DNA of 64,000 nucleotides from assembly GCA_050181585.1 (NCBI GenBank), contig JBFXDA010000013.1, positions 21,409-85,408 of the forward strand, in the 5' to 3' direction. The notes beneath the pieces are model-generated. The model was given only the letters and a program-made list of their open reading frames with translations, was not told the DNA's origin and made no database searches. The stretch comes from Reyranellaceae bacterium. GTDB lineage: Bacteria > Pseudomonadota > Alphaproteobacteria > Reyranellales > JAQSWP01. Of this stretch, positions 42,809 to 51,667 are shown piece after piece (position 1 is the first letter of the stretch; each line of letters starts with the position of its first letter). The position numbers and the translations under genes were made by a program.

Positions 42809-45582
42809 GCCTTCGTCCCCGTCTTCGTTCTCTTCGTATTGACCTTTCCCATCGCGCCGCCGGCGGCTGTCATTTTCGTGTAGAGGTCGAACAGCTTTTC
42901 CAGCCGCTCCGTGTCGTTGCGGAAGCGGCGGCCGATATAGATGCGTTCAAGCACTTCGTCGTTGCGCTCGTGCGCCGCCCGCAGATCGGCCGGCATGTTC
43001 TCGGGATCGTAGAGATCGGCGATGGTGGCCGGGAAATGCGCCTCGCGCGCCAGCAGGATGTCCTCGGCGCAGCTTGTCAGGTCGGCCTTGTTTTTCTCGG
43101 TGAGGGTCGGGACTGGAAAGGTGTTCCAACCGAGTGTGTTCGAATAGCGATAATCGGTCTTCAGTTTGCCGCAGACTGTACCGATCCACACAAGATGCAG
43201 CCGGGAAGCGATCAGCGCCATGTTCCAGAGCGGGGCATCGTATAGCCCAAACGCTGTATTGGGGAAAACCACGTTGTTGTTCTCGAGCGTGACCGGAAGG
43301 TATGGCCTCGACTCCGAGGACACGTTTGGAATGGCAATTGACCATTCTTTACACGCGTGCATCTCGCGGAACTGATGCGGCCGTTCGGCCATCCTGATTG
43401 CTGCTGCATCCGGTGACGTGAGGCGGCTTGCTCTTACATTATCAATCCTATGCCTTACTTTCGGATGCTCCATAGCGTCTGCTGGAACATTCGGCTGCAG
43501 GAACCACAGGCACCACCGTTGTGTGCCTTTAACCAATTCGGCTCCTCCCTTGAATATTTTTATGTAGGATTGCGGCAATCCCTCACTTAGGAGTTCCGCC
43601 CTCTGAACACCGTCAAGCAAAAGGCCTTCGGATAGCCCATAGTAGTTTCCCTTGACCATCTGCGGGAGGGCGGACAAGGGGCGTACTGAACGCTCGATGA
43701 ATACGTTCCTGCCGGGAACTAGATACGGGCTTATCTGCGCCACTTCCTGCTTGATGTCCTCGTCAAAGAGGTAACAAGCACCTTCCTTCGTGCGCGAGCA
43801 ACCCACCACAACCACCGTGACGGTGGCGTTCTCGGTAGCCAAATTTCTCCACCGGAATGATCGCACAGCAAAGTCAATGCGCAGGCCATCCGCAAGGAAC
43901 GGTTTCCAGAAATAAAATATATTTTGACCTTGGGAGATCGAATTTGTGCTGACAAATGCGAACTTGGCGACGGTAGCGGCGCTAAATCGTGCCGCCTTCC
44001 AGAACCAACCGCAGATGTAGTCGAAAGACCGCCAATTCAGGTCAGTGTTAAGAAAGCACTGTCGGATGTCGTCCTTTTGCTCTCTCGTTTGGTCTGCGTT
44101 GCCTTTATAAGGTGGATTCCCGCAGATATAAGTTTCTCCGCCCTCGTTCTCGAAGTCGATTTGTGCCTGATCCAGCGGCGAATTGAAAAGGTCGTCGCCG
44201 TGCAGCTTCACACCCGTCCCAGTCGGCGGGCAGATGCTCAGCCAGTCAAGCCTCAGCGCGTTGCCGCAGGTAATCCAGTTCTGCGAATCGAGCGGCAGGA
44301 ACTCGGCGAGCGCTTCCTTCTGGCCGCGATACAGCACATCGCACTGGTATTCGGCGACGATCAGCGCCAGCCGCGCGATCTCGGCCGGGAAATCGCGCAG
44401 CTCGATGCCGCGAAAATTCGTCAACGGAATGTCGCTGCGCCGCGCCGCCTCGCCGCGCCGCCGGTTGATCTCGGCCTCGATTTCCCGCATCGCCTTGTAG
44501 GCAATGACCAGGAAATTGCCCGATCCGCAGGCCGGGTCGAACACCCTGATTCGCGCCATGCGGTTGCGCAGGTTCAGCAGCTTGCGGGAATTGCCCCCGG
44601 CCTCCTCAAGCTGCGCCCGCAGATCGTCGAGGAACAGCGGATTGAGCAGCTTCAGGATGTTGGGCACGGATGTGTAATGCATGCCCAGCGCGCCGCGTTC
44701 CTCGTCGTCGGCGACGGCCTGGATCATCGAGCCGAAAATGTCCGGGTTGATCTGCTTCCAGTCCAGCCCGCCGATGTGCAGCAGGTAGGAGCGCGCGATG
44801 CGGCTGAAGCGCGGCGTCTCGGCGCTGCCGGAGAACAGCCCGCCATTGACGTAGGGGAATACGTCCGCCCAGCGCGGCAGCCCGGCGCTGGCGCGATCCC
44901 TGGCCGGCGTGTTCATGGCCCGGAAAATCTCGCCGATCACCGCATGGGTGTTCGACGAGTCCCGCGCGCTCATCTGGTCGATGGTGGCGGTGAACAGCCC
45001 CTCGCCGTTGAAGATGTCGGTATCCTCGGCGAAGAAGCAGAAGATCAGCCGCGCCATGAAATGGTTCATGTCCGGCCGGCGCGCGGCCGTGCCCCAGTCG
45101 GGATTGTCCTTCAGCAATTCGACATAGAGCCGGTTGAGGCGGCTTGTCGCCCTGATGTCGAAGGCGTTCTCGCGAATCTGCCGGACGGTGCTGATGCCGG
45201 CCAGCGGCAGGAAGAAGCCGAAATGGTCGGGAAAATCCTTGTAGGCGCAGGCGACCGTATCGCCGGAGCTCAGGTCCTCGGCCTCGAAATCCGCGCCATC
45301 CGTCGCCAGGATGAATTTCGCCTTGGCCCTGGCCGTCGCCGGGCTGGCCTTGAGCGCCGCCAGCGTCTTCGAAACCGCGCCGGCCGGGCAGACGGCGATA
45401 TGGATGTTGTTCGTCTGGAGGACGCCGCCCAGATCGGATTTGTTCGATGCGCCAGCGCGCAGCCGCCGGATCGTCGTCTCCTTGTTGCCGAAAGCCTGAA
45501 GGAAGGCGAACGGAAACTCGGCCGCATCGAAGGGCTGTTCGGCCAGCGCGGAGATCGCCTGTTCGATTTCGACGGCGTTCAT
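42805..45582 (-). CDS. MmeI/YeeA-like N6-adenine DNA methyltransferase (Type IIG/IIL-like)
   Basis: FPYVNGGLF, INPDIFGSMIQ, GMHYTS, FDPACGSGNFL (motif I), GNPPY (motif IV), YRYSNTLGWNTFP. Confidence 0.92.
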   Translation of the reverse strand: MNAVEIEQAISALAEQPFDAAEFPFAFLQAFGNKETTIRRLRAGASNKSDLGGVLQTNNIHIAVCPAGAVSKTLAALKASPATARAKAKFILATDGADFEAEDLSSGDTVACAYKDFPDHFGFFLPLAGISTVRQIRENAFDIRATSRLNRLYVELLKDNPDWGTAARRPDMNHFMARLIFCFFAEDTDIFNGEGLFTATIDQMSARDSSNTHAVIGEIFRAMNTPARDRASAGLPRWADVFPYVNGGLFSGSAETPRFSRIARSYLLHIGGLDWKQINPDIFGSMIQAVADDEERGALGMHYTSVPNILKLLNPLFLDDLRAQLEEAGGNSRKLLNLRNRMARIRVFDPACGSGNFLVIAYKAMREIEAEINRRRGEAARRSDIPLTNFRGIELRDFPAEIARLALIVAEYQCDVLYRGQKEALAEFLPLDSQNWITCGNALRLDWLSICPPTGTGVKLHGDDLFNSPLDQAQIDFENEGGETYICGNPPYKGNADQTREQKDDIRQCFLNTDLNWRSFDYICGWFWKAARFSAATVAKFAFVSTNSISQGQNIFYFWKPFLADGLRIDFAVRSFRWRNLATENATVTVVVVGCSRTKEGACYLFDEDIKQEVAQISPYLVPGRNVFIERSVRPLSALPQMVKGNYYGLSEGLLLDGVQRAELLSEGLPQSYIKIFKGGAELVKGTQRWCLWFLQPNVPADAMEHPKVRHRIDNVRASRLTSPDAAAIRMAERPHQFREMHACKEWSIAIPNVSSESRPYLPVTLENNNVVFPNTAFGLYDAPLWNMALIASRLHLVWIGTVCGKLKTDYRYSNTLGWNTFPVPTLTEKNKADLTSCAEDILLAREAHFPATIADLYDPENMPADLRAAHERNDEVLERIYIGRRFRNDTERLEKLFDLYTKMTAAGGAMGKVNTKRTKTGTKA

Positions 45583-45713
45583 CGCGCGCTATTGGACCCG
45601 GCGACCCTGACGGCGCGAACGGCGACGGCCGTTACCGCAGGCGCGTGCGTTGTCCCTTGTTCTGGCGAGTTCCCCATGAGTCGAGAATAGGCCGGCGAAG
45701 GTCCGTCAGGCAA

Positions 45714-46823
45714 TCAAGCCGGGCCGCCAGTCCCGTTGCGCGCCATTTCCGCAGCCGCGCGGCGCAGCAGGTCCGTTACCTCAGGCGATTCTTGCCGGGC
45801 TGTCGCCAGTCCTAGAATAATTTCGGCCTGCCGCCCCGCCGATACCTCTCCATAACTGGTGAGCGTCGTCAGCACCCCCTCATGCCCGAGATTCTGCGAC
45901 CACGCCTTCAATTCCTCGGGCGGCAGACGGAGCCGATAGGCAAGTTGCATCAACGTCTTCCGCAAGCTGTGCGGCGGGAAATAGGGCAGTCCGGCCTTGA
46001 GAAAAGCGCGCTTGAAAATGGCGCGGATCGGCGTGGCGTTGCTCCAATGCGCGCGCGTCAGGCCAACGGGGCGAAAGCGACGATCCGGGCCGGGTTCGAT
46101 GCGGGTAGCCGGGAATAGCGGGTCGCCAGGGCTATACAGCGCCTCGCCCAGCTGGCGTTCGACCCATTCGATTACGATTTGCCGCGCATCGCCGCCGACC
46201 GGAAAGAACCAGGTGGCGAACGATTTCGAGAATTTGGTTCGCACCTCATGCGCATCGAAAACCACGCGATTGGCGGCCGTCTCGACATGCCGCAGTTTCA
46301 GCGACGCAACCGCACCGTCGCGCGCCCCCGTCAGCAGTATGAAAGCGATCAGCGCCCGGTCGCGGCGCTCGATTGAGGTTCCGTCCGGCATTCGGGCGAT
46401 GACGGCATGGACCTGCTCCAGCGACGGCACGCGCGGCTCGCGCCGGGTCTTGGCGATGCGCGTTTCGCCCCGCGACATGTTGAAGTACTCGGCATCGCCA
46501 TAGGTCAGCCGACTTTTGAAACCCGGCTGATCCCTCAACCAGATAAAAAATGCCTTCAGCGCTGCTAGAGTAGAATACTGCGTTGCGACGCTCAGAGCGT
46601 CGCCGGTCCTGCCATTCCGCTGTCCGGCAAGGTGACGTTTGAAGCCTATGGCCTGCTGGGGATTGAACGTCTTGAAAGACTGGAACCGGGTGTAGCTTTC
46701 GAAGCGATGCAAGGCTTTGGCAATGGCATCGAGCGATGCCTCGCTGTGCTGGCCGGCTTCGCGCTTGTAGGTCCGGTATTTGTGTTTCAAGCGCTCGTTT
46801 TCGGGATCGTGAGACTTCGCCAT
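45714..46823 (-). CDS. Second tyrosine recombinase (XerC/D-like site-specific integrase)
   Basis: RDRALIAFILLTGARDG, PHSLRKT, NLGHE..TLTSYG catalytic pattern. Confidence 0.88.
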   Translation of the reverse strand: MAKSHDPENERLKHKYRTYKREAGQHSEASLDAIAKALHRFESYTRFQSFKTFNPQQAIGFKRHLAGQRNGRTGDALSVATQYSTLAALKAFFIWLRDQPGFKSRLTYGDAEYFNMSRGETRIAKTRREPRVPSLEQVHAVIARMPDGTSIERRDRALIAFILLTGARDGAVASLKLRHVETAANRVVFDAHEVRTKFSKSFATWFFPVGGDARQIVIEWVERQLGEALYSPGDPLFPATRIEPGPDRRFRPVGLTRAHWSNATPIRAIFKRAFLKAGLPYFPPHSLRKTLMQLAYRLRLPPEELKAWSQNLGHEGVLTTLTSYGEVSAGRQAEIILGLATARQESPEVTDLLRRAAAEMARNGTGGPA

Positions 46824-46858
46824 CGACCTTCCTTTCCAGAGTCACAATTCAGGCGGGG

Positions 46859-47305
46859 TTATCGCCTGTCGCCTATGTGCGATTCAGCCTGCGGTCCGTT
46901 GCCGCGAAGACTCCACCTGAAGGCCTCGAACGCGGGCGCGCTGGCCCGCCGATGCATCAAGGTTGTGCAGCACGGGCAGACGGCCCGGATGTTGCCGGCG
47001 CCAGCCTGCGCCGGGAGATATTCGACCAGTGCGGCGTCGGGTTTCCTCGGCTCCCGGCACCGCAGGCAGTAAAGATGGCCGGGCGGACAGGGCCGCTTGG
47101 CGCTGGCGCGGCGGCGCGACAGGAAATCGCGCAAGTCCGCACCCCGGATCAGGACAGGCCATGATCCGGCGACGCTTGCCAGGCCGGCCTTCAACCATGT
47201 GCGGATCGTGTTCTTGTGGGTGTCCAAGGCGCGCGCCGCCTCCTCCACCGTATAAGAACAGTGCAGCTTGGCCAGGCGGGGGTTGGGCGCGCGACGATGC
47301 GCCAT
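46859..47305 (-). CDS. HTH DNA-binding protein with C-terminal CxxC...CxxC (zinc-ribbon-like) region
   Basis: YTVEEAARALDTHKNTIRTWLKAGL HTH; YCLRCR and VCPCC; ATG at 47305. Confidence 0.78.
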   Translation of the reverse strand: MAHRRAPNPRLAKLHCSYTVEEAARALDTHKNTIRTWLKAGLASVAGSWPVLIRGADLRDFLSRRRASAKRPCPPGHLYCLRCREPRKPDAALVEYLPAQAGAGNIRAVCPCCTTLMHRRASAPAFEAFRWSLRGNGPQAESHIGDRR

Positions 47306-47333
47306 CGCCTTCGCTCGCAAACCGGGACAGACG

Positions 47334-47567
47334 CTAGGCGGGGTCGCTGGTGCTGCGGCGAGGGCCGGAGCTTCTGGATTGCGCCCATCCCAGCAAATCG
47401 TCGGGCCGATAGAGCGGGCGGCGGCCAAACGATTGGAAGATCGGCCCGCCGCCCAGGCAGGCGTATTTCGCCAAGGTGCCGGCGGCGACTTTGAAACCCC
47501 GCGCCGTCAGAAAATCGGACGCTTCCTTGCGGGTGAGCGGGCGGGCCGATTCGGTCGAGTCTTCCAT
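47334..47567 (-). CDS. Excisionase/AlpA-like small HTH protein (putative recombination directionality factor)
   Basis: LTRKEASDFL..TLAKYACLGGGPIFQSFGRRPLYRPDDLLGWA. Confidence 0.82.
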   Translation of the reverse strand: MEDSTESARPLTRKEASDFLTARGFKVAAGTLAKYACLGGGPIFQSFGRRPLYRPDDLLGWAQSRSSGPRRSTSDPA

Positions 47568-47676
47568 GTCCTATCCTTTCGCATTCGCAACGCTGCCGGA
47601 ATTTCCCGGCCGATGCGCGAAAGGTGGAGCGAAACGACTGTTGGAAATAGGTGCCACGAATTATTGGCGATTCGAA

Positions 47677-49224
47677 TCACCGCTTCGAACTGCGGGGACC
47701 GGATTGCGACCAATTCCTGTTGCCGCTGTCAGCGACCGCACGAGCCCATGCCCGATCAAAGGCTCTCTTGCTGATCGAGAACTTTGCCAGGCATTCGTCG
47801 CGAACAGCTTCCTTGGACCGGGCAGGCCGATCTTCTTTTTTCATAAGCTCCGTCAGCCATTTTCGGCACAGCGTTTCGCCGCCAGCCGTGCCCGTTTGCA
47901 TGGAACTGCCGGCTCCCGAAGCGCCCGTTTCGCGTCGGTGCCCAAGACGATCCGCATTGGCGCGAACCTCGCTCGTACGGAATAGGAGATCAATCCATTC
48001 CGGCATGCCTTCCCGAACAGCCTTGTAATCTTCCATCGACCCTTCGCCAGAAGGCTCTAAACTGTTGCGTTGCATGTTCAGTTGAACCGGAAGGCGAATA
48101 TGATCGGTCGGAATGGTTTCCCATTCCACTGATGCTGTTGACCGTCGCCCCCGCAGTACCAACGCGTTCTCCCGAATGGCCTTAAACAGCAGGCGTTCTA
48201 AATCCTGTATTCGGTTGACGAACCATTCCCATCCCGATTTCTGGTCGCCCAGTCCCGAAACACTGGCAATATTCCGGAAAACAAGCAGTTCGACGGAAGC
48301 CGCTTCCAAATAACGACTATGGGCTTTTTCCAGCCGCTGCTTTGCTTCAAGCACATTCGTTTCCGTCACTTGGCTTCTGATTTCGGCGTCGCTAATCGAG
48401 AAAGGGTCATTCGAAAGGCGATGCGGTTCTAGAAGTTCTAAAAGGTATGGACGTCGCGCCTCGCGATAGTGCCGCCGAGCCAGGCTTAGGCGATACCTTG
48501 CGATACGAAAATCGGATAGGCGGTCTCCGACGGCGGTGAAGAGCTTCCACGTGGAGGGCGGTATTGCCATCCCGAGCGCCATCCAACTTAAAACTTCGGT
48601 CGCAGTCGAATCCGGATCATCAGAAAGTCCGTCATTCAATAACCCGCTCAACGCAAGCGGTTCAATCCTGCCCATCTCTCGCTGCCATCGCAGATCGCGG
48701 GCAGCTAACTGCTTTTCGGTCAGGTAAAATTCAGAACGGGAACTGGCGGATTCACGCTCGACCAGCACCATTAAGGCATCGTGTCCGCCTCTATTCTGCC
48801 TCTTGCGAGGCGACGGCGGCCAGATTGCGACCGCGCGTTCAGCTGAGACCCTCAACTGGCGCCAAGTCGTCGCCTGCCCGATAGCGCCATCCCTTGGCCG
48901 CGCATAGAGTCCCCCTTTGCTTGGCGTAATTTCCAACCAAGCCCATTGCCGGCTTGGCACCTTCTTTTGCGTTCTTTTGCCAGGCGCCTCGCCGTACGCC
49001 GGAAGCCTGCCCGTGCATAGCGCATGCAGAATGAACCGATTAGCGCGAACAATGTCCGGAGCAATATTGCTCCTGGTCAAAACGTAAAGGAGCGATGCGA
49101 TCCGACGACCGAAGTCTACTGACCCATCGGAAAACTTTGCGACTAGGGTTTCGTCCCGTGCAACTACCCAGACGAGGAGTTGGGCAAAATTCCATGTCGG
49201 CTTGTCGGCGTCGAAATCAGGCAT
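47677..49224 (-). CDS. Hypothetical 515-aa protein with an apparent internal domain duplication and helical C-terminus
   Basis: Long ORF between integrase and xis-like gene, same strand, lower GC than host; no recognisable catalytic motif. Confidence 0.72.
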   Translation of the reverse strand: MPDFDADKPTWNFAQLLVWVVARDETLVAKFSDGSVDFGRRIASLLYVLTRSNIAPDIVRANRFILHALCTGRLPAYGEAPGKRTQKKVPSRQWAWLEITPSKGGLYARPRDGAIGQATTWRQLRVSAERAVAIWPPSPRKRQNRGGHDALMVLVERESASSRSEFYLTEKQLAARDLRWQREMGRIEPLALSGLLNDGLSDDPDSTATEVLSWMALGMAIPPSTWKLFTAVGDRLSDFRIARYRLSLARRHYREARRPYLLELLEPHRLSNDPFSISDAEIRSQVTETNVLEAKQRLEKAHSRYLEAASVELLVFRNIASVSGLGDQKSGWEWFVNRIQDLERLLFKAIRENALVLRGRRSTASVEWETIPTDHIRLPVQLNMQRNSLEPSGEGSMEDYKAVREGMPEWIDLLFRTSEVRANADRLGHRRETGASGAGSSMQTGTAGGETLCRKWLTELMKKEDRPARSKEAVRDECLAKFSISKRAFDRAWARAVADSGNRNWSQSGPRSSKR

Positions 49225-49300
49225 GGACCGGCGACCTCAAGATTCGAGGATTTCGCGAGCCTAGCGCCTGCAATGTCCGAAAGTCGAATGCTCGCTCGCC

Positions 49301-50572
49301 TTAGCGCCTCAACCGGACAACCTTGTCTTTCTTGCCTTCCATTGCAGCCGCGATTTGCAGCGCCGTGCGGTCGGCGACGGCGCGCACCGGGTCGAGGTCG
49401 AGATGGCTGTAGCGTTCGGTTGTCGCCGCCTGCGTATGCCCCAGCACCTTGCCGACGATGTAGAGCGATGAACCGCCGGCCACCGCGACGCTGGCGAAGC
49501 CGTGGCGCAGATCGTGGATGCGAACGCCATGCAGGCCGGCCGCTTTGGCGACCTTGCGCCATACCGCCGGCAGGCCGACATGATGGCCCTCGCCGCGCGC
49601 GGCCGGAAAGACGTAGTCGGGACGCTTCGAACTGCTACCCATTCGGGTGACCGGCTTCAGACCGGACAGCACAGCCAGCGCCGGCGCACCCAGCGGAACC
49701 ACCTTCGCGCCAGTTTTGGAATCGGGCAGCCGCAGCACCCCATGCTCGAAATCGACGTGTTCCCAGCGCAGCGACAGGATTTCGTTCTTGCGGCAGCCCG
49801 TCAGCAGCAGCAGGCGAAGTGCCGCCAGCGACTGCCGGTTGGTGCCGACCTTCTCCGCCGCCGCCAGCGCTTCGCCCAGCTTCGCCAGTTCCTTGGCGCT
49901 CAGGAAGCGTTCGCGGCGCTGAAGCTTGTTCAGGCTGACGCCCTTGGACGGGTTGTCGGCGCAGTAGCCCTGCGACACCGCCCATTGCAGCATCGCCCCC
50001 AGAACAACCGTCGCCCGCGCGGCGGTGCCCGGCCCGCCGGTCACGATGGCACGGCCATGCTTCTTGTCCGACTTCTCGTCCGTGGCGGTCTTGCCCTCGG
50101 TCACGTCGCGCTGGAAGCGCTGGATATCGGCCTTGGTAAGGGCTGAGAGATGGCGGCGGCCCAGCAGCGGCACGACATGCCGGCGCAGATTGGAGGCGTC
50201 CGTAGCCCAGCTGGACGCCTTCTTGGCGGGTTTGGCAGCCGGGCCGTCCTTGAGATAGAGATCGACCAGCGCCGCGATGGTCGGCGTCGCCTTGACCGTC
50301 GCTTTCTCGCCGGCAGGATCGGCCTTCCCCGTCGCTACGGCGCTCAGCAGGGCGCGGGCGGTCTTTCTGGCTTCCTCCGGCGTCAGCACCCCTACCTTGC
50401 CCACCGTATAGCGGCGGGAGCGCCGTTCGGCGTTCCGGTACTGAATGATATAGGCGCCGGCACCGGAGCGCTTCAGGCGCAGCCCGAAGCCCGCCAGCGC
50501 ATCGTCCCAGAGAACCAAGTCGGTATCGCCGGGCCGCAGGGAATCGATCAGGCGTTTGGTGATCTTCGGCAT
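49301..50572 (-). CDS. int: P4-like tyrosine integrase with N-terminal arm-binding domain (DUF4102-type)
   Basis: MPKITKRLIDSL..WDDALAGFGLR, LLLTGCRKNEI, KTG, HDLRHGFAS, KVLGH..TERYSH. Confidence 0.95.
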   Translation of the reverse strand: MPKITKRLIDSLRPGDTDLVLWDDALAGFGLRLKRSGAGAYIIQYRNAERRSRRYTVGKVGVLTPEEARKTARALLSAVATGKADPAGEKATVKATPTIAALVDLYLKDGPAAKPAKKASSWATDASNLRRHVVPLLGRRHLSALTKADIQRFQRDVTEGKTATDEKSDKKHGRAIVTGGPGTAARATVVLGAMLQWAVSQGYCADNPSKGVSLNKLQRRERFLSAKELAKLGEALAAAEKVGTNRQSLAALRLLLLTGCRKNEILSLRWEHVDFEHGVLRLPDSKTGAKVVPLGAPALAVLSGLKPVTRMGSSSKRPDYVFPAARGEGHHVGLPAVWRKVAKAAGLHGVRIHDLRHGFASVAVAGGSSLYIVGKVLGHTQAATTERYSHLDLDPVRAVADRTALQIAAAMEGKKDKVVRLRR

Positions 50573-50594
50573 CCGGCCCCTCCCCGATCCCATC

Positions 50595-50721
50595 GGGTAA
50601 GCAGTGGGTAAGCAGCCGGATTAAATTACCTCAACATTCCGGAAATTACCATTACATTCAAAATGCCTTATTTTAAGCTACTATTTCGCAACAGTTTGCT
50701 CACATCAAACGTGGGTAAGCA
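50595..50721 (+). repeat. GGGTAAGCA x3 (50595, 50606, 50713), putative arm-type sites at the right island end
   Basis: Exact matches to the left-end motif. Confidence 0.75.
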
Positions 50722-50741
50722 CCGGCAATTAAATATCCTCA

Positions 50742-50789
50742 ACAATGGCATTGTAGAGGTCAGCGGTTCGATCCCGCTTGGCTCCACCA
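50742..50789 (+). repeat. attR: exact copy of the tRNA-Ala 3' 48 bp
   Basis: acaatggcattgtagaggtcagcggttcgatcccgcttggctccacca. Confidence 0.95.
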
Positions 50790-51149
50790 ACAAAGACAAG
50801 GGCTTAGCCGGAAACGGTTAGGCCCTTATCTTTTTTCGTACTAAATACCCACAACGATGCGATTCACGGATCAATTGAGAGTCCATGATTTTTGATGCTA
50901 TTACCTACACGCGGCAATCAGTGGCAAAATTGCACGGTTAGCATCAGAGGGCCTGCTAACTGATCCGCCTTACTGGCCACCCAAAGAAGATCACGCAAAG
51001 TAGACTCGTTCATATGTATTTGAAAGGAACAGAAGAGCAATACCAGCGGTCAGCAGCCTTGTTGGAACAATAAACAAGAGCACCGGACTTTCTCAACATT
51101 TCAGGAGCTATGCATATTCCCCATTAAGGGAAGGCGCTTCAGGCTGGAG

Positions 51150-51608
51150 CTATTTGGTGACAGTCAGAATCTCCTTCGCATCAAAAATACCTGCTGTGTC
51201 GGAGGTCACTTGTCCGTGGCGGAACATCCTGATCATGAAATCAACGCCGGGCTTAATGTAGGGAGTTACGTATCCAGGAGTTGAATGGGTTCTGCTTCGG
51301 GTCGAGAAAGAGGCTTGCCCATAATTCGAGATCGAAGCTGTGCCGGTCGTTGTTGTGTAGGTCTGACCGGGCATTATGGTAGCCCCCGTCTGACTCATAT
51401 CCTTCGAGTCAAGGATCGTAAAATATTGATAACCTTTATCCAATGTGGTTCGCGCCGCGCTACGCATTGCTGCGCGAACTACCTGACCTTGATCGTTGAA
51501 TTTTGTGCCTCGTCCGGAGATCATTGCGACATCTGGCGCAACTACAGTCGAGCGAGCGGTAGCGCATCCGGCCAAGACCAGAACCAACAGCATAATAACC
51601 GGCTTCAT
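51150..51608 (-). CDS. Predicted lipoprotein (resembles CC0125/CC1285-type small lipoproteins)
   Basis: MKPVIMLLVLVLAG-C lipobox; AARTTLDKGYQYF. Confidence 0.78.
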   Translation of the reverse strand: MKPVIMLLVLVLAGCATARSTVVAPDVAMISGRGTKFNDQGQVVRAAMRSAARTTLDKGYQYFTILDSKDMSQTGATIMPGQTYTTTTGTASISNYGQASFSTRSRTHSTPGYVTPYIKPGVDFMIRMFRHGQVTSDTAGIFDAKEILTVTK

Positions 51609-51667
51609 GTATCCCCCTTTTTTCTTGCCTCCTGATGCCCAGCTAAAAGAAGTTTTCGACGAGTTCG

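Noticed and set aside
46823-46900. Possible premature stop or frameshift at the C-terminus of the HTH-zinc gene
   Set aside because: It rests on vague recollection of homologues and cannot be supported without an alignment.
50860-51140. Possible small RNA or gene in the AT-rich gap (short gttagca/tgctaac inverted repeat)
   Set aside because: There is no ORF of 60 aa or more in the track and no recognisable RNA motif, so the signal is too weak.
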